NCBI GenBank assembly: GCA_051294375.1
Contig: CM119263.1
Location: 21,560,494 to 21,624,493, forward strand
Origin: Paraspadella gotoi
Lineage: Eukaryota > Animalia > Chaetognatha
Direction: 5' to 3'
Length of the DNA stretch: 64,000 nt
Shown here: positions 45,163-64,000 of the stretch, piece by piece
How the letters are laid out: the number at the start of each line of letters is the position of its first letter
How positions within the stretch are numbered: position 1 is the first letter of the stretch
Translations under genes and position numbers: made by a program
Notes under the pieces: model-generated
Database searches by the model: none
What the model saw: the letters and a program-made list of their open reading frames with translations, nothing else
Told to the model about the DNA's origin: nothing

Positions 45163-46942
45163 CGCCGGCGTCTTGGAAATATAAATGACAGGGATATTAT
45201 TTTTCTTAGATATTCATCAACTTTGTGACTTTTAAACGTGATTTCCTTAACTTGATTAGATCACTCAATTCCTTATTTTCTCGCAATTTTGCAATTTATA
45301 AAAATGCTCACGCTCAACTACGATCCCGCATTTTATCAAAGATTAAAAACTGAGGTGACCCAACGCAAGAGCTTTCGTCATATTTCGAGGTCATCAAAAA
45401 TGACCCCTCATGACCCACTTTCGACCCTCACACTTCTTTCCGTGATCGATTAAAAACTCGGGACCTTGACTTTTGTCCATAAAAGATTCAAACTACGGGG
45501 ACGCGACGAAGGATTCAGTTTAAAATAAAAAGAACAATCAACGGATTTTCGAAACAACTGATCATCCAAAATGGATCTCTCATTCGCAGGGGCAAAATGG
45601 ATGCGGGATGTGTATAAAGAGAAAATATTTTCCGGGAAAAAAAAGAAAAGAAAATAGGTCGAGCGTTCGCGGCGATCTAGGGAAAGTTAGGACGTCGCGA
45701 AGACTTACCTCGATTACAACGCAGTCAGGGCGAGTAAAAAATTCTGGGCGGGCGAATCCAATCGTTTTAAAACAAAACTGCACTAGAGATTGCTCTTCTA
45801 TTTTTCTTTAGTTAAAACAAAAAGGAAACAATTTAGCATCGGGTAAAACAACTTAGCATCTTTCTCTCTCCTTGCTACCGACGCAAGCAGGGCAAATAGA
45901 ACCTCCTGATTGGTCCGCGGCGACGTTCGCCCTCTGTCGGCAGATTCCGAGTGGAGGTGGTTCGACAAAAAGCTACTGCAGATTCCACAGCTTGCATAGA
46001 TTATGTAAATGAGTTGGGATGGTCTTTTTTAGGGAGTTAAAATTAGAAGAGAAAAGTACGATACCTTATCATTTCTTCTAGGATTTCTCGATTCACAATA
46101 CAGTTTGAATGATTTTAATCTTTCAATATAGTACTAATTGCGCAAGAATTAATAAATTCGCAATCAGCTATTCGTAGGTGGCAGCATCTCCCTGAGATAC
46201 GAAACAAAAGATTTAGCGTCAGTTTCGTTGATTGTTTTAAGAATATCTTTCGCACGTCACGAATCTCTTTCTACGCAGTGGCTTGAATTCTAAATATTTT
46301 GAGCAAGCAACGATTGAAGTAATGATAAGAGCAGATTGATTGTAAACCTAATTACTGGGTCAACATATAAGCTTGGAAACTAACAGCTTCGTTTATTGAT
46401 GGATGGATGCATAATTGAAACATTTTTAGCTACGGTTTTGGTGAATATTAAAAGATTGAAAATTCCAGATTTAAAAATTTCTGATATTTTCAATGAATAT
46501 TTAATATTGATCAAAATCTCAACTACAGCTCTAAGATATAGTTCACATAATTCATAAAGTTTTAAAGAGTTTTCAATTTTGATATACGTATATTTTTAGT
46601 TTTTCACAGAGTACAAGTAAGGAAAATTTTCCTATCTTTTAATTCGTATAATTTAAGTTTTTTAAATTTTTAAATTTTTTATCTTTTGCCTCTGTTATCA
46701 ATATTATGCAACGGAATTACTACGAGTCAATTAATTTCAAATAAAGATATGCTATTAAATAAAACTTCCGCAATAATTTTTAACTCTAATTTAACTCTGA
46801 CATTAATGATTATAACCCAACAAAAATTATCTTTTTCTACTTCATCCTTATTAGCTAAAACTTTATTTGGTTTATTGCTTGAGAGTCATCGTATATGCGA
46901 TATGAGTACATAATATTAGTTTTATCGTTTTATTCGTTTTAT

Positions 46943-47520
46943 TTGAGCAATATATTTCGGTTAACATCGCTTAACCATAGTTCATTTGCGAAGTAAATGC
47001 GAGAAAAACAGTCACAAAAAAGTAAAAAATATTAAATAATAATAAAAAAATAATAGAGAGAAAGGGAGAGAATAAGAATGAAAAGAATCATGAGGTCAAA
47101 GTTAAGGACAAAAGTTCAAGAGAAAGAAAGAGAGAGCCTGGAGAGAGCCTGGAGATTCGTCGTCAAGGGACAGAACCGGGAAAAGGCCTCAACGGCGATC
47201 TCTCTAAATACGTCAAAACACACGCATGGAATCTCATCTTCTACAAAAACTAAAAGACTATTGAAGATCGGGCGGTGGTTCTTTCTCTTTCTTTCTCTTG
47301 AACTTTTGTCCTTAGCTTTGACCTCATGATTCTTTTCCTCTTTTCACTCTTATTCTCTCCCTTTCTCTCTCTTTTCACCAAAATATTTTTTACTTTTTTG
47401 TGACTGTTTTTCTCGCATTTACTTCGCAAATGAACTATGGTTAAGCGATGTTAACCGAAATATATTTCTCAAATAAAAATAATATGCGTTTTCCTCATAA
47501 AACGATGTTAATCACCAATA
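46943..47520. mobile_element. Long-TIR MITE, same family as 41002-41184
   Basis: Inverted arms of ~200 bp (GGTTAACATCGCTTAACCATAGTTCATTTGCGAAG... / ...CTTCGCAAATGAACTATGGTTAAGCGATGTTAACC) around a short GC-richer core. Confidence 0.8.
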
Positions 47521-48315
47521 TTGTTTGGTTTACCATTCACAAGTTGTCGTTTCCGTTTTATTCCAAACTTATTACAAACGGCACGCTCGATCGCTATATC
47601 ATCGCAGGAGTATCAGTCTCACCAAAAGTGGAACCGGATCGGAGGATCGGGCAATCGCCGCCAGAATGGAATCGCCGAATCCATGAGTTTTTCCTTCAAT
47701 GTCTAATTGTATATATCTTCATCATTAACAGAACAAATGGTCCTGACTGCGAAATTGACTAATTTTCATGCTCCTTTAAAATTTACGTGTCAACATTAAA
47801 AACGAAAACAAAATTTTCCGAATATTTTCTTCTCGTTTTTTCTAGACATTGTTAGGAACAGAAACAATTAACATATTCAAGATGTTTTAACAAGCAACAG
47901 CGACATTTAAGGGGAACGAGAGAGAATTTTAGGCTTCGAACGAATAAAAAAAAATAATTGGGCGGCGATGAGGGAATATTTCTGCTTTTTTAATCGGAGG
48001 CGAAGACTTACAAATTGAGGGAAATATGACAACATAATATTTTCTTTCTTTGTGTTTGTGATTGTTTGGGTTTCGATTAGGGGGAAATCGTTTTAATTTT
48101 GGGGGTCAATTAGAGGGAGCTTGAAGGGGGGGTGATAGAGAGGAAAGTATCTAAGCGACAGGGGAACGGGGGTTGAGGTTTGAAAAAAATATTGGGGAAT
48201 ATGGCAAGATGAATAACAGGGAAAGGTCACGTTCATCCAAGACACGTTCATCCAAGATGGCAAGATGAATAACAGGAAAAAGTCACGTTCATCTAAGATC
48301 TTTTTCTCGCCAAAT

Positions 48316-62389
<14,074 letters not shown>

Positions 62390-63260
62390 CTGGAAGAGAA
62401 GAGAGAACGGGGGTGAGGGGGGTAGAAGGGAGAGTGGGTTGGGGGTTGGAAGAGGGTTTGGAGGGGGAGAGGTGGTCGGAAAGGGGGCCGGGAGAGGGAG
62501 ATAGAAGGGGTTTTTTTTTCGTTTTTATCTCCGCCCACCTTATATGTTGTTTCTTTAGTTTTTCTGTTACTATTTTGTTTATTGATTTATTTATTTTTAA
62601 ATTTGTGTTCAAAAATTTAGGGACGGATGGTGACTGAGTGGGCTTTCTTGTGAGGGGAGAAGCTTGAGTGGTGGAGGAGTAAAAGATCGGCACTATTTTC
62701 CGAAAGCAACCAAATTTTGTTCCTTAATTCTTTAACTAAATCTTATTCTACAACCTAACTGATATATTTAACCCCAACCCTAGTCGCTAAGCCTAATCAC
62801 TAACCCTAATCACTAACCTTATCTCTAACCCTTACCTTTAACCTAATCTTTTAACTTTAATCTTTCACCTTATTTCGAATTTAATATGACAATATAAAAT
62901 TTGTGAATTTGGGAAAATATTGCCAAATAGTCCTGGGGGTGGAAGGAGAGGGGAAGCAGAGGGTGAATTGGGGGTGGCGCTGTGTGAAAGAATTCCCTGA
63001 AGAATAATATGTTGCGTGAAAATGATAAATTTCCATCATAAAGATAAAGAAAGAGGAGAGAAAAAAATGCTCCCTCCTTTTTGGCTGTAGTGAATGATGA
63101 ATATATTAATATTTTATTGAATATTAAAAAAAAATTATTTTAAGGCTTAAGTAGCCCTCGACGGCGACCATGGACGCGAAACCAGAGATTTATTTTCGTA
63201 ACCGTCGCCGACTAGCAGAGCGCGTCGCGGGAAGATATTAATAAAGGTTTATGATATGAT

Positions 63261-63320
<60 letters not shown>

Positions 63321-64000
63321 AAGCCGCGTATCACCTCTGCTTCTGTCAGATCTAACGAGAGTCTCTGGCGGTAAATAGTTCAATAAAAACCCATTTTACA
63401 TGTACGTCTAAATTAAAAAAATCTATTCATGTTCGCTACAGTAACATGCACATGTTTCGCGTCCAATTTCGCTCGGGCCAACGTTATAAATTTTTTTTAA
63501 TAGTGACGGCTAAGATAAGCTACATCCGTGTGTATTCCATGCTGTGATATGCCTAAGATCGGGAGGAGGGAGATGTGCCATTGTGTTCGGAGTCTCTAGC
63601 ATCTGTCGACCTTGAGCGTATTTGTCAGTTCAACTTAACTCCGTTACATTGTATGCTTCGAGTTGTCATTGTTAAATTTTTTTTAGATTACAAAATTCAA
63701 CTATAAGAAGCTTAGTTGCGTTCAACTAACAATCGCTTCAGCCGATTTGTAAAGAAATGATTGGAAGACGACCTTCCCCAATAGTTCGCTTTTTAATGTG
63801 AATTAAAAGAATAATTGTGATGGTATTTTTTTGATAAGGAAGTTGCACTTAATCTATCATTTAAAATTTATTTACTCCTCGACTCTTATATAGCAGCGGA
63901 TCAAATAAAATTCGTATTTATAAAATACAATCGAGTGTTGAATAAAATTTAGAAAAATAGTGATGTGATATAACGTGTATGAATCGTTTAAAATCCCTAC

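Noticed and set aside
63440-63482. GAAACATGT on the minus strand resembling a hammerhead stem III
   Set aside because: No CUGANGA core and no NUH cleavage triplet in the right position.

Overview
AT-rich genomic DNA from an invertebrate animal (species not identifiable here), with GC-rich exons, short GT-AG introns and many (CT)n microsatellites and MITEs. Six spliced protein-coding genes can be reconstructed by eye: a CD225/dispanin protein (+), a gamma-glutamyl transpeptidase (+), a mucin/EGF/SEA/EGF-EGF single-pass membrane protein (+), an acidic tandem-repeat protein of unknown function (+), an AT-hook protein with Fez-type C2H2 zinc fingers (-), and the 3' part of an SLC16/MCT-like transporter with an apparent ~1,300-aa C-terminal tail (-). 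The most striking feature is a ~234-bp dispersed repeat present six times. It behaves as the LTR of a tiny non-coding LTR retroelement: the complete copy at 53636-54277 reads LTR, tRNA-Trp-like PBS, 189-bp interior, PPT, LTR, and is flanked by a 4-bp target-site duplication (TSD); two solo LTRs have their own 4-bp TSDs. Each LTR contains a tRNA-derived Pol III-type promoter followed directly by a sequence that folds as a circularly permuted (type-P5) twister ribozyme. This looks like an animal 'LTR retrozyme' built on twister rather than hammerhead. A Penelope-type minimal hammerhead is also present. All structures and gene models were read manually; none was computed or searched.
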